Below, in pieces: positions 46,256 to 56,582 of a DNA stretch of 64,000 nucleotides. Under the pieces are notes generated by a model, which was not told where the DNA came from, searched no databases, and saw only the letters and a program-made list of their open reading frames with translations. The DNA is from a virus. The DNA is taken from positions 1 through 64,000 of the IMG/VR virus record IMGVR_UViG_3300034073_001700; one strand, written 5' to 3'. Made by a program: the position numbers and the translations under genes. Positions within the stretch are counted from its first letter, which is position 1. The number at the start of each line of letters is the position of its first letter.

Positions 46256-46282
46256 ACTCCTGAGCATGAGTATAAACTGCTC
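46256..46282 (+). ncRNA. H-type pseudoknot element copy 4
   Basis: ACTC-CTGAGCA-T-GAGT-ATAAAC-TGCTC followed by T-run. Confidence 0.6.
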
Positions 46283-46633
46283 TATTTTTTATTGATCAAA
46301 AAATCGCCTAGGCAAACGGACAAATCGGACATAACATTTTTGATTTATTTTTATTACGTACGACTTGATTTTTTTGCTGGATTGTGGGATAATTAAATAT
46401 ACCCAATGAAAGGAAAATATGTTAGGCTATAAAATAACAGACATAGTAGATATGCAGATCTCTATTAATGAGGCTACTAAATATATACCCGCCGATGACC
46501 CTGAAACCAAGCGGGATCTATACAAAGCCTTTGACTTCTTACAAGGATTAATAGTAGAGGGCCACATTCAATAGTTGACATTCCCCTACATTTTTGCTAA
46601 AATTTAATTACGAACCCAATAGAAAGGCCCACG

Positions 46634-47005
46634 GTGCAAGAGCAGTTTATTGAAATGTCATTCGATGAGTGGCTTACTACATATAAACCTATACTTAATC
46701 ATATTGATAAGAATGCCTCATTCCAATCAGATGACGGAGGCATAATGTTTGAAACCTATGGTGATGAGGTAGAGTTTGTTAAGTCTCAGCCGCCTGCCAA
46801 TATATGGACATACGGTGACGGTGACATGGGTGTAGGCTATATTTGGTCTGGTTGGTCCTTTGTTAACAGGATTGGTTATTTTATTACTGAGGTACCGTGC
46901 CCTGAAAATACTATTATTCAAATACAACTTGACGAATTCCCCGAAGAATGCGATACTTGTGGGGTATTCATTTATAACGAGGAGGACGACCATGAGTGCG
47001 AGTAA
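46634..47005 (+). CDS. Hypothetical protein
   Basis: SD AGAAAGG, GTG start; FETYG.E, VNRIGYFIT. Confidence 0.7.
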   Translation: MQEQFIEMSFDEWLTTYKPILNHIDKNASFQSDDGGIMFETYGDEVEFVKSQPPANIWTYGDGDMGVGYIWSGWSFVNRIGYFITEVPCPENTIIQIQLDEFPEECDTCGVFIYNEEDDHECE

Positions 47006-47210
47006 TTACTTGCTTGAATATATGAAGATACATCTTGTTAGTTTGGAGCAAGACCAAGCAGATGTAGCAGAACAAATGGAGGCACTTGACCCTAATAGCA
47101 AAGACTATCAAGAGTTAGACTTCGAGTATAACTGGCTTGCTGGTCAGATTATTGCTACCCGTCATTTTATAGAGATTGCAGAAGGAGCAGAGTATGAAGC
47201 CAAAGCCTAA
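46992..47210 (+). CDS. Hypothetical protein (start re-called to MSASNY)
   Basis: SD GGAGGA upstream of ATG 46992. Confidence 0.6.
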   Translation: MSASNYLLEYMKIHLVSLEQDQADVAEQMEALDPNSKDYQELDFEYNWLAGQIIATRHFIEIAEGAEYEAKA

Positions 47211-47481
47211 TGAGTTACCAGATAATCTAATTAAGTCTGTCCAAGCAGGTGTATCAGGTCTTGATATTATCCATGGTGAACTTAAGAACTGGATGTATGA
47301 AACAGAACAAGAACTAAATCCATTGCTGCAGCAATCAGAAGAGATTGGCTCAGATGAAGACTACTCAGATACAGAAGATAGACTATGGCTGTCAGGGTAT
47401 ATGGAGGCACTTGCAGATGTATACAATTTGACATATCAACTCTCATTTGCTATTATGGACAAGGAAAAGGAGCAAGAATGA
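47176..47481 (+). CDS. Hypothetical protein
   Basis: Likely start MKPKP after SD AAGGAG. Confidence 0.6.
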   Translation: MQKEQSMKPKPNELPDNLIKSVQAGVSGLDIIHGELKNWMYETEQELNPLLQQSEEIGSDEDYSDTEDRLWLSGYMEALADVYNLTYQLSFAIMDKEKEQE

Positions 47482-47822
47482 TTAAAGTAGATAACCTACA
47501 ATTAGTTGGCGAGTTTAATGTAGATAGCGGACAGGCTATCATTGGTGACCCATGCTATTTAGATAGTTGGAAGCCTTGGAATCAGGATACTGGTGAGGAG
47601 TTTGACGAGTATAAGAACCGTCAAGGCGAATACGGATATCTTGGTGCTTGTGAGGCTACCATTAGCAAAGGTCATGGCACATTAGGCATGGGAAGCGCAG
47701 TTGCTATTAGCACAGGCTATGGTGACGGTGTCTATCCAGTCTATGCACAACTTAATGATGATAACAGGGTAGCCCTTGTTGTTATCGATTTCACTGGCGA
47801 GTATCTAACAGAGGATAATTAA
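47478..47822 (+). CDS. DUF4241-like protein (start re-called to MIKVD)
   Basis: VDSGQ..IGDPCY and STGYGDGVYPVY. Confidence 0.65.
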   Translation: MIKVDNLQLVGEFNVDSGQAIIGDPCYLDSWKPWNQDTGEEFDEYKNRQGEYGYLGACEATISKGHGTLGMGSAVAISTGYGDGVYPVYAQLNDDNRVALVVIDFTGEYLTEDN

Positions 47823-47823
47823 T

Positions 47824-48180
47824 ATGGGAGCACGTTGTACATTCGTTTTTAAACAGTCCAAAAACCAGGCTGTGGCCTTATACAGTCACTGGGGTGAGGA
47901 TACCATGTATGAAGACCTGGCAGCAGCATTACAGCATGCAGCGCCACGTAAGGGTGATGAGTCATACTACACCCGCATGGCTGTTAGTTACCTCCTGAAG
48001 GACGACCTTCTGGATGAGTTACACTACGGTCTCTATGCATGCAATCCCAAAGACCTTGGATTCATGGACCACCCAATCGTAATCGACTTAACTGACAGTA
48101 CTGTTACAGATGACACTGGTACCCACAGTATTGATGAATTTATTAATTACCATGGCTTAGTGGCGACGGCCACTTCATAA
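47824..48180 (+). CDS. Hypothetical protein (MGAR...LYSHWG)
   Basis: Recurrent phage motif; operon packing. Confidence 0.7.
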   Translation: MGARCTFVFKQSKNQAVALYSHWGEDTMYEDLAAALQHAAPRKGDESYYTRMAVSYLLKDDLLDELHYGLYACNPKDLGFMDHPIVIDLTDSTVTDDTGTHSIDEFINYHGLVATATS

Positions 48181-48270
48181 AAGAGGGTTGGGTCCCCTCT
48201 TCAATGGGGCGTGAGTAACTTGCCACTTGCGCCCCTCTATCTTTTTTGATACAATCCAATAGGAGGAACT

Positions 48271-48516
48271 ATGAGTTATAGAATTAGAAGCAAACCTGAG
48301 AATACCAAAGAAATAGCATACGCAGGTAGATTTGCCAAATTGCTTACTGAGGACATGGGGCTCAATTTGGAGGCTGTTGGCTTTCACATTGTCCGTAATC
48401 ACCCTGTCATTGTGGCACGGCGTTTAGATGTCATGGCCTTGACAGCAGGCGAGGAGTATGATAAACTTATGGTAGAGTATTTAGGAGAAAATCATGCCAA
48501 TCAGTATGTCAGATAA
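48271..48516 (+). CDS. Hypothetical protein
   Basis: SD AGGAGG. Confidence 0.65.
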   Translation: MSYRIRSKPENTKEIAYAGRFAKLLTEDMGLNLEAVGFHIVRNHPVIVARRLDVMALTAGEEYDKLMVEYLGENHANQYVR

Positions 48517-48781
48517 ATGTGGGATCTTGGGTCAGTTCTGGTTTCAGTTCAGAGATGACGAAAATCTCAAGAGTTTCATTGAGTATAACGATGTTGGTCT
48601 GCCATTAGGATGGTTTATTGCTTCTGGTTTGGTAACTGGCAGTGATCTGGCTGATGACTACATTATTGAAACCTTCAATCATTTTCTTGCTGCCTTAGAG
48701 GTAACAGAGGAAGAGGTTGAGGGTGCTACTAATCTTGATGAAGTCCTTGCTATCGTAGCAGAGAAAAAAGAAGAACTATAA
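48494..48781 (+). CDS. Hypothetical protein
   Basis: SD AGGAG; FIEYNDVGLPL. Confidence 0.65.
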   Translation: MPISMSDKCGILGQFWFQFRDDENLKSFIEYNDVGLPLGWFIASGLVTGSDLADDYIIETFNHFLAALEVTEEEVEGATNLDEVLAIVAEKKEEL

Positions 48782-48823
48782 AAATCTCAGCCCTAACGGG
48801 CGCCTAGAGGATATTTGTATATA

Positions 48824-49620
48824 AAACCATCAAACCATTTTTACGAATGTATTACGAACCATTACCAAATTTTTCCTGAAAGTTTATTACGATCCAAACC
48901 ATAATATCCCCAAACCTTCTATCATAATATTTTTGTTTTGTCAAACCATCAAACCATAGTGTATGATTGTATCTCTATGTATTGTACTAGATGTATTACG
49001 ATCTCTTCTTCTATACCCCGCCGTTTTTGCGGGGGCTTTTAAAAAAGATTAAGAACGCCGATTTCTTCCCCCCCTCAGAAGTTATCAAACCAGGGTTATA
49101 ATGTATATATGAGTCCAGGACGCTTTAGCCAACTATCAAAAGAAGAATGGAAAGCATTTGATAAGGATATGAAGGTTTTGACGGGTATGTTATATACCGT
49201 TACTACTTGGCCATTGAAGCCCTTTATTCCTGCCCTGCGAAAAAAGGCGGGGACAGATAAAAAACATTACGAACCTCTATATAATCCCCCTATAGATCAA
49301 TAACAAACCATATTTCCTGGTTTTCTGGTTTTTTAAAACATTTTAAAAAGTATTACGAACTTATTGGAATTTTTCCTGGATATTTGGCAATTTTCATCCA
49401 AAAATAGATTACGAGCCTATTGACAAACCATGGTTTTGGATGTATAATGCCCAAACCTTGATACAATGGTTTGACAGATATGGGGGATATGTGGTATAAG
49501 GATACAATGGTTTGGGATATAGGGTTTGATAGATAGATCAATTTGTCCCCGCCCATTACGAGCCGCCCTATAGAAAACGTTCCATCCTCCACTATCCTCC
49601 ACTTCACTCCACTTTACGAC
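48824..49620. repeat. Iteron-like region: dispersed TTACGA and CAAACC repeats
   Basis: Nine co-oriented TTACGA; many AAACC(A); palindrome AAACCATGGTTT at 49425-49436. Confidence 0.7.
49109..49303 (+). CDS. Possible small leaderless gene inside repeat region
   Basis: TATAAT 6 nt before ATG. Confidence 0.45.
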   Translation: MSPGRFSQLSKEEWKAFDKDMKVLTGMLYTVTTWPLKPFIPALRKKAGTDKKHYEPLYNPPIDQ

Positions 49621-49697
49621 TATATAGAAATAATATCAGTAAGATTTTTATATTACCAATAGTTGACAATTACTTATCAAAATGGTATTCTTTTTAT

Positions 49698-50075
49698 ATG
49701 GAAAACATAGACTTTGGATCATTTGATATAACATTTTCTAACATAATGTTCTATTTAGGCGCATTATTATTTTTTTATTTTGCATTTATTTCAAAAGCAA
49801 ATGATTGGTCCACCCTAAAGGGATTTGGAAGATTTTGTGTATCTGCTTGGACCATAGCCTCATTGATTAAATTAATAAGAACTCAGACAACAGTCATAGA
49901 TGTTATAGATTGGACCCTTATTATGTTTATGGCCTCTTACTTAGTAGCAATTATATTTAAGGCTATACATAAAACTGCTGTAGAGAATGCTGAAGAACAG
50001 TTAAAAATATTAGAACAAGAAGAGGCAGATAAAGAACTAATTCGGCAGGCTGCTAAAAAGATTATTCAAGGATAA
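49698..50075 (+). CDS. Membrane protein, three TM helices
   Basis: Hydrophobic segments; promoter TTGACA-17-TATTCT directly upstream. Confidence 0.65.
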   Translation: MENIDFGSFDITFSNIMFYLGALLFFYFAFISKANDWSTLKGFGRFCVSAWTIASLIKLIRTQTTVIDVIDWTLIMFMASYLVAIIFKAIHKTAVENAEEQLKILEQEEADKELIRQAAKKIIQG

Positions 50076-50128
50076 ACCTGTGGATAAACATACTTGCCAA
50101 ACCTCTGTATTCATGGTATCCTGAAAGA

Positions 50129-50569
50129 ATGAACAAACCATTTAGCCCTACCCTATATGCCATAAATGATGATGCCAAGGTCTTGGTCATTGACTATCTA
50201 CAAGCGAATGGATTTTTGGCAAAGGTAAATCCAGATGACTATGGCATTGATCTGTTAGCCAAACATATTGAAACTAACAATAGGTATGAATTTGAGGTAG
50301 AGGTTAAGCATAACTGGAAGGGTGAAAGGTTTCAGTATCCAACCCTACATTTTCCAGGTAGAAAACAAAAGTTTATTAAGAATTCTCCACATACAGTATT
50401 CTTTATCTTAAATCACGAAAGAACTCATGCATATTGGGTAGATGGAACAACCCTATCTACTTGTCCCATAGTTACTAAAAATACAATCTATACCAAGAAT
50501 GAGCAGTTTATCGAGGTATCCATAAACAAATGCAAACTTATAGATTTGAGTAAAAATCTAACACTTTAA
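50129..50569 (+). CDS. PD-(D/E)XK nuclease-like protein
   Basis: YGIDL...FEVEVK motif. Confidence 0.6.
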   Translation: MNKPFSPTLYAINDDAKVLVIDYLQANGFLAKVNPDDYGIDLLAKHIETNNRYEFEVEVKHNWKGERFQYPTLHFPGRKQKFIKNSPHTVFFILNHERTHAYWVDGTTLSTCPIVTKNTIYTKNEQFIEVSINKCKLIDLSKNLTL

Positions 50570-50586
50570 CAGGTTATAATGGGTGT

Positions 50587-51114
50587 ATGGATATCGAAAC
50601 CATAAAAAACGCAGGGTACATAGTAAAACCAAATCACTTTGAGGTCAAAACCGATTGGCCAACAGTATTAGACCTTATATACAAAAACTCAGACAATACC
50701 AAGACTAATGGTAGAGACCTGTGGATAAAGATAAAAGATCGTAGACCATTTGGCCACATACCTGACCTTAGAGATTTTTGTCATCAATTAAATAAAGACT
50801 TTGAATCAAAATATATTGAAGGCTGTGACTTTAACAAAGATTGGGACAAACCATGTAGTTGTTTTGGTATCTGGCATATAGATGGACCAGTTGTATCTTT
50901 GTCCAATATCCACATAAGCAAGCATAAGGATATTAAAATAGCAGCCTATATTCAAATCTTGGGAAACTCTTTTTGGAAACTTAATGATAACAAAACCATA
51001 ACCCTAAAGCCATCTGATGTTATTTTTCTAAATAAGGATATAGAACATGAGGTTTGGGGAGAAGGTCCAAGGTTTGGTGTATTGTTGTTTGCTATGGATA
51101 AGAAGACTAAGTAA
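50587..51114 (+). CDS. Cupin/JmjC-like oxygenase
   Basis: HKD, QILG.S.W, LKPSDVIF...HEV...R. Confidence 0.6.
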   Translation: MDIETIKNAGYIVKPNHFEVKTDWPTVLDLIYKNSDNTKTNGRDLWIKIKDRRPFGHIPDLRDFCHQLNKDFESKYIEGCDFNKDWDKPCSCFGIWHIDGPVVSLSNIHISKHKDIKIAAYIQILGNSFWKLNDNKTITLKPSDVIFLNKDIEHEVWGEGPRFGVLLFAMDKKTK

Positions 51115-51145
51115 TACTTCTATAGGGGATGATGGGGTATATTCT

Positions 51146-51973
51146 CTATACCGCCCCAAATTTCTCCTTGTATCCCCAAATACCCCTAAACTCTCTATCT
51201 TCTGGTTTAAAACCACCTGTAACGGCATGGGCTAACTTAAACATATCTGGTATTACCAGATCCCCTTGTTGCCACTTATGGACAATACGGATATCCTCAT
51301 TGTTCCATATAATATCTTCGATCTTTCTAATTACCGCCTCAAAATATGATAGGTTGTCCTCAGTTGGCACTTGACCCTTATAGGACACAAGCCTGACTAT
51401 ATATGGTTTGGGCAAAATAGTAAATCTGATAATTGGTTTTCCTGTTAGCCAGTGTTCTGCCACAATAGGGTAATCATCTGCAAAGTTTAAATTAGCACTT
51501 GCAAAACCATGTTCCAACTGTGGACCCTTAATAAAATCTGGTTCGGTGATTCTGCTATTTAAAAGAAAATCTTTTTCATCATCTGTGAGCATCTCAAATA
51601 CTACATTAGTATCTACAAAGTATGTCTTGCCATTCTCATTGTTTGTCTTGAAGTTATACATATTCCAAGTAGAGCCTACGATAGGATTAATATAATATGT
51701 GTGCTCTACATGCCACTCTACAATAATATCATCTGGGCCAGAGACCACCTCTGACTTCCGCTCATGATTTTCTATGTACTTACTTTCATCATTCATGAGA
51801 TACCAGCCAAAGGACTCACCTAATTTTTGAGCAAAATCAAACTGTTCCTTTTCGGTTAGGTTGGCATTTCTAAAGCATATGACAGAATCACTAATAAGTT
51901 TATCTTTATAGTAGTTGGCATTTTCTAATACTTGGTCAACACCAGGAAACTCTACAGGTTCTACGTATATCAT
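51146..51973 (-). CDS. TauD/TfdA-family 2OG dioxygenase
   Basis: WHVE, GKTYFVD, HKWQQGDLVIPD, HAV. Confidence 0.8.
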   Translation of the reverse strand: MIYVEPVEFPGVDQVLENANYYKDKLISDSVICFRNANLTEKEQFDFAQKLGESFGWYLMNDESKYIENHERKSEVVSGPDDIIVEWHVEHTYYINPIVGSTWNMYNFKTNNENGKTYFVDTNVVFEMLTDDEKDFLLNSRITEPDFIKGPQLEHGFASANLNFADDYPIVAEHWLTGKPIIRFTILPKPYIVRLVSYKGQVPTEDNLSYFEAVIRKIEDIIWNNEDIRIVHKWQQGDLVIPDMFKLAHAVTGGFKPEDREFRGIWGYKEKFGAV

Positions 51974-51974
51974 A

Positions 51975-52346
51975 TTACTCCTTTTTGGCTGTGCAAGGTT
52001 CGTCTACTTTATGGGCTACATATGCTCCACATTTGCATGATGTTGTTGTACACTGGCAGTCCCAGGTTCTTGTTTGCTTGTCTGGTTCATCATTAATAAC
52101 ATCACATGGCTCATTTGCTGGATGGGTTATATAGTCTCCACATGGACAAAATCCAGGTGCATCGTTACAAACACTACGATCAATGGGTTCGTATACACCT
52201 AAATGTGTTGGAAAGGGAAGTTTATTTTTATTTTCTTTTGTAACCTGAGTAAACTTATTACCCTCACAAATATGACATATCAAGCCCTCATCTGTTTCTA
52301 AGGTAAAATGATTGCCACATTTATCACATCTATATAGATTTTCCAT
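51975..52346 (-). CDS. Cys/His-rich metal-binding protein
   Basis: CxxC pairs and two CxCG...H....PC units. Confidence 0.6.
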   Translation of the reverse strand: MENLYRCDKCGNHFTLETDEGLICHICEGNKFTQVTKENKNKLPFPTHLGVYEPIDRSVCNDAPGFCPCGDYITHPANEPCDVINDEPDKQTRTWDCQCTTTSCKCGAYVAHKVDEPCTAKKE

Positions 52347-52466
52347 TATCTTTAGTATATCAGATAGGGCGATATATGATATATTAACCCCTATTGCTCG
52401 TTTAGAGCATAGGAGGGTGTTTATTTCTATTTACCGCCGAACTCAAAGCCTGCTATAATTGAACAT

Positions 52467-53222
52467 ATGAATGATAACCTATCCATCGCCGAACTTCAAG
52501 AAATTTGGGAACCCCGCAAAGAATACATAGAAAAAGATCTTTGGGTAATACGAAACTTTTTGACCGAAGAAGAGTTAGTTTTGCTTAATAAAGAGGCCAA
52601 CGAACCAGAAGGTTGGTATACCACAATGAGGTCACCATACGGAGGCAACACAAAGAATAAATTTATTGGTTATATTCCAGAGTATAATGAAAATGGAGAT
52701 ATGCTCGTTCCAGGTCCAGGCTCAAAATGGCATGGACAGATCCAAGACGTTATGTCTGTTATTGAAAAAAGAATAGAAGCCGTAGTCCCTAAATATTTTG
52801 GTGGAGCAGGAGCACTTCAATCATTCTTTGAAGTTCCTGACGAGCAAATCATGGCAGAACTTGGAAGAATACCAGATTACGCTATGGGGTGGCACTATGA
52901 AAGAGATCATGAAGATGATGAAGAAACACAAAAAACTATTGTTGAACATTCTAAAACTCAGGGCAAGCAAATACTTAGCGAAGGTAAAATATCAGCATCA
53001 TTTAATGTTTATATAAATGATAATTTTGATGGCGGTATATTAGAGTTCCAAAATAAAGATTATGTTATAAAACCAGAAGTTGGAATGTTAGTTAATATTC
53101 CTATATACAAGGAGTTTATGCATAGAGTTACAAAGGTTACTAATGGCAACAGACATACGATTTATGGAAGATGTTGGGATACCCCAAATGGCAAATACTT
53201 TTCAACGAATGAAGATTGCTAA
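52467..53222 (+). CDS. 2OG-Fe(II) oxygenase
   Basis: WH, YINDNFDGG, HRV..V..GNRH; paralog of 59005..59688. Confidence 0.8.
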   Translation: MNDNLSIAELQEIWEPRKEYIEKDLWVIRNFLTEEELVLLNKEANEPEGWYTTMRSPYGGNTKNKFIGYIPEYNENGDMLVPGPGSKWHGQIQDVMSVIEKRIEAVVPKYFGGAGALQSFFEVPDEQIMAELGRIPDYAMGWHYERDHEDDEETQKTIVEHSKTQGKQILSEGKISASFNVYINDNFDGGILEFQNKDYVIKPEVGMLVNIPIYKEFMHRVTKVTNGNRHTIYGRCWDTPNGKYFSTNEDC

Positions 53223-53470
53223 TGGCGAATAAAAGAATTTTACAAGATGGAACAGAGGTGCCATCATACGATCATCCAATTGATCTTATAATTCATACTA
53301 AAGCACCTGCCAAATGGAAATTAATTGATCTTGAAACAGGTCAAGAATATATTGGGTCTGAAATAACCCATCCATCATTTGGAGAACTTCTAAGGCAAAA
53401 GGTTATGGAGTGTAAAATAGGTTCATGGAAAAAAACAAAAGGGAGACAAAGTGAATCAAATAGTATTTAA
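53216..53470 (+). CDS. Hypothetical protein
   Basis: Coupled; HTKAPAKWKLIDLETGQEY. Confidence 0.65.
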   Translation: MLMANKRILQDGTEVPSYDHPIDLIIHTKAPAKWKLIDLETGQEYIGSEITHPSFGELLRQKVMECKIGSWKKTKGRQSESNSI

Positions 53471-54041
53471 TTCTTTTCCAAGATCTGGAAATGTATATTC
53501 TGGACATTGCTATCCTGCATTTATAAATGGTATGTATGCTACTGTTCATATACCAGAAATTTTTAGTGTAGAGGAGATTGACAATATAACCATTTTTAGA
53601 AAACCAGAAGATGCTATATCCTCTCTTATTAATAAACAATTTGAGTACGCCCCTCCTGGAACTAATATACATATATCTGGAATGACAAGTGCGATAGATG
53701 AAAACATAAAGTTATATCGCCAATACATGGAATATGCAGCCAAATACAAAGATATTGTCTATATAGGTAAGTTTGATGATCTGATTAATAATACCGTTTC
53801 ACATTTTGAAAATGTTTCTAAATGGTTTGAAAGACCTTTGATTGCTGGCTATAAAGAAAGGTTTGAGAATATTTCTTTTAATGGTAAATTGTGGGAGGAT
53901 AGGCATGATGGTCATGTACCAAGACCTAAAGATGAGACTCGACTTAAAATTGAGTCAGAAGTCGCCAAACTAAACAACATTCAGAAGTTAAATAAAGATT
54001 ACGAAGACTTTATAGCGGAGTATGCTACCAAGGTAGACTAA
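53451..54041 (+). CDS. Sulfotransferase-like P-loop protein
   Basis: SFPRSGN (5'-PSB-like) and RKPEDAISS (3'-PB-like). Confidence 0.6.
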   Translation: MNQIVFNSFPRSGNVYSGHCYPAFINGMYATVHIPEIFSVEEIDNITIFRKPEDAISSLINKQFEYAPPGTNIHISGMTSAIDENIKLYRQYMEYAAKYKDIVYIGKFDDLINNTVSHFENVSKWFERPLIAGYKERFENISFNGKLWEDRHDGHVPRPKDETRLKIESEVAKLNNIQKLNKDYEDFIAEYATKVD

Positions 54042-55166
54042 TATGAAACAGTCGAATGAGCAAAAATCTCAATCTGGTCGTAAGCGGTATGAAAAAAATA
54101 AGGATCGCCTGTCAGATAAACCATCCATGTCCAAGCAAGAGCGCTGGGAAGCCCGTGAAAGGCTAAGAATAATCTCACAGGCTTTATCAAAAGACCCCCT
54201 ATAATTATCTATATGCTATCTCATGAATCAAAGGTTGATATTATTGCTGATATTATTTCTGACTACCTTAAGGGCAAGCATAAGGATAAGATCGCTAAAG
54301 ATTTAGCAGAACAAATAATAGAGGCATTGGACGAAGAGCCTCCAAGTTGGTATACTCATGGGTAAACTTACCTTAAATATATTATGTCATAAGTGTGGGG
54401 TCATGTTTACTGTTTCTGTCGATACCCCGAATCTTATACAGCAATGTCCAAGATGCTATAATAAATAGATGGATAAAGTAAAATGTTATTATTGTGATAA
54501 CGAGGCAAAGTATACTCAGCCAGGACAAACCACTGGTAAGATTATTGATGTATGCGAAAAACACTTTACCTTTAAACATTGGGGATAGGAGATATCATGG
54601 CGATTGATACTAAAGAATGGTCTAAGGAAACAAAGCAAAAGATTGTTATTTCTGTTATGATCATTGCTGCAGCAGCCGTATTTTTTGTACTTATCTAATA
54701 CTAATCAGTAACATTAAATGGAGGTAAAATACTCCATTGTGCATACTGTTCATTCTATGTGGCTTAGTGTAGAAACGGTTGTAGTTGATGATGTTTCATA
54801 TACCCGCACATCGTGCGCCAGATGTGGATATCATTCACTTCGGCCAAGTTGACTGCAACGGCCACGCTTCCGCCAAACTTTACAAACAGTCGTTTTTGCT
54901 GTATAATAAAAGTATGTCACAAAAAATTGTAATATGTACAATATGTAAAAAAGAAATAGAGGTGCGCTCTGGCATTTTTGCACATGATACACTTAATAGG
55001 CATATGAAGGAGCATAAGTGAAAGAATATTTAGATGATTATGATATTGAATTTGACATACCCCGCAGTGTTAAAAGGCAAATAGAAAAAGATTATATTCA
55101 GCGCACATACTACTGGACTGTAGGCCTTGGCTGTTTAATCATAGGATTTTTATTAGGAATATTGAT

Positions 55167-55511
55167 ATGACCGATGATAGTTTAAAGATTAATAAATCCC
55201 GTCCACCCTTACGTTGGTTTGCTAATATGTGTGGATCAATTGCAGGATGGGCAATTATGCGTATCTCATATCAGGATGAATTAGAAGATTTTGGATGGCG
55301 GTATAAATTACACTCAACTATTTGGAAGATAACATGGCCAGTATATTACAAGTTCGGCACATTCTATGAATTTAGTTATGATATGAGTGGAGATGGATGG
55401 AATGACTACGATGAAAATGGAATTCCCTATTGGGAAAAATGGGTAGATTGGGATTTTGAAGATGCATGGACAGGCGATGCATTTAGGATTATAAACAAGG
55501 GAGATAAATAA
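55167..55511 (+). CDS. Hypothetical Trp-rich protein
   Basis: ORF in + strand run. Confidence 0.6.
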   Translation: MTDDSLKINKSRPPLRWFANMCGSIAGWAIMRISYQDELEDFGWRYKLHSTIWKITWPVYYKFGTFYEFSYDMSGDGWNDYDENGIPYWEKWVDWDFEDAWTGDAFRIINKGDK

Positions 55512-55512
55512 T

Positions 55513-55704
55513 ATGCAATGCGGATGTGGTTTTTCAACAGAATATCCAACGTGTAATGGTACACATAAGGTTGTAAAGGAAGTTAAAGATAAAATTATCG
55601 CAGCGATTGAAAATATACCTACAGAAAGCAATGGTGCACAACTAAATGCAATAGGAATGAAGATGCTTGTGATAGATGCTATCAAAAAAACAAGAGGTAT
55701 TTAG
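55513..55704 (+). CDS. CDGSH-type iron-sulfur protein
   Basis: CGCGFS...PTCNGTH. Confidence 0.7.
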   Translation: MQCGCGFSTEYPTCNGTHKVVKEVKDKIIAAIENIPTESNGAQLNAIGMKMLVIDAIKKTRGI

Positions 55705-55718
55705 GGTATAATACCAAC

Positions 55719-56582
55719 ATGAAGTTTTGTTATTTTGGTGGAAATGTTTCTTTAACACAATCAAATATAGATCAACTTGAGGATGCCCATTTTGAATCAG
55801 TGCTATTTACATATAGGCAAATGCAAGGAGATTTTTTCACTACTATAGCAAGAACAATGAGGTTAGATCAAAAAATAAAATATATGGTTGCTATTAGGCC
55901 GCATGCTTTGTCAGCACAATATTTAACTATGATAAACAAATCAATCAATAGCATACAAAAAAATAGGCTACAAATTAATATCATTGCGGGACATATAAAG
56001 CCTGATGAAGTTGACTTTGGAGGAATTATTGGTGCAGTAACTGATCGTTCTTCAGTTCCAGATAGAACAGATTACATGATAGACTACATTAAAGAACTTG
56101 ACAATATGAAAAAAAATAATATTGATATTCCAGACTGTTATGTTTCTTGTACCAATAACTTTTCCTTAGAGGCAGCAGCCGAACTTGACTATAAAATAAT
56201 TTTTTCTTACAAAGATTACAAGTTTGGATATTTTTTAGATAAAAGCGTAGAAGGTCAGGAAAAGCCTGGGGATACTTTTGATTTATCTGGTAAAAAGATA
56301 ACATTGGCAATATCTCCAATCATAAGAGAGACCCAGGAAGAAATAGACAGCGAGTTTCCAAAAGATGTAATTGTTCACCTATACGGTGGCAAGTCATATA
56401 AAGATAGACCAAGATTTGCAAAAGATACAGCATATTTTACGTATGACAGGTTTGTTACTTTTATAAAAGAATTAGAAGAAAGTGGTATTAAAGAAATTCT
56501 TCTAAACGGAATACCTGAATCTGAAAGAAATAATTTAATTAGTTACGTTAAGAGGTATATAGAAGAACATGGAAATAATTAA
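55719..56582 (+). CDS. Luciferase-like (LLM) flavin-dependent monooxygenase-like protein
   Basis: IKYMVAIRP, RLQINIIAG resemble SsuD/LLM family. Confidence 0.6.
   Translation: MKFCYFGGNVSLTQSNIDQLEDAHFESVLFTYRQMQGDFFTTIARTMRLDQKIKYMVAIRPHALSAQYLTMINKSINSIQKNRLQINIIAGHIKPDEVDFGGIIGAVTDRSSVPDRTDYMIDYIKELDNMKKNNIDIPDCYVSCTNNFSLEAAAELDYKIIFSYKDYKFGYFLDKSVEGQEKPGDTFDLSGKKITLAISPIIRETQEEIDSEFPKDVIVHLYGGKSYKDRPRFAKDTAYFTYDRFVTFIKELEESGIKEILLNGIPESERNNLISYVKRYIEEHGNN

Noticed and set aside
49353-49607. Minus-strand ORFs in the repeat region
   Set aside because: No start signals; sequence is dominated by iteron-like repeats
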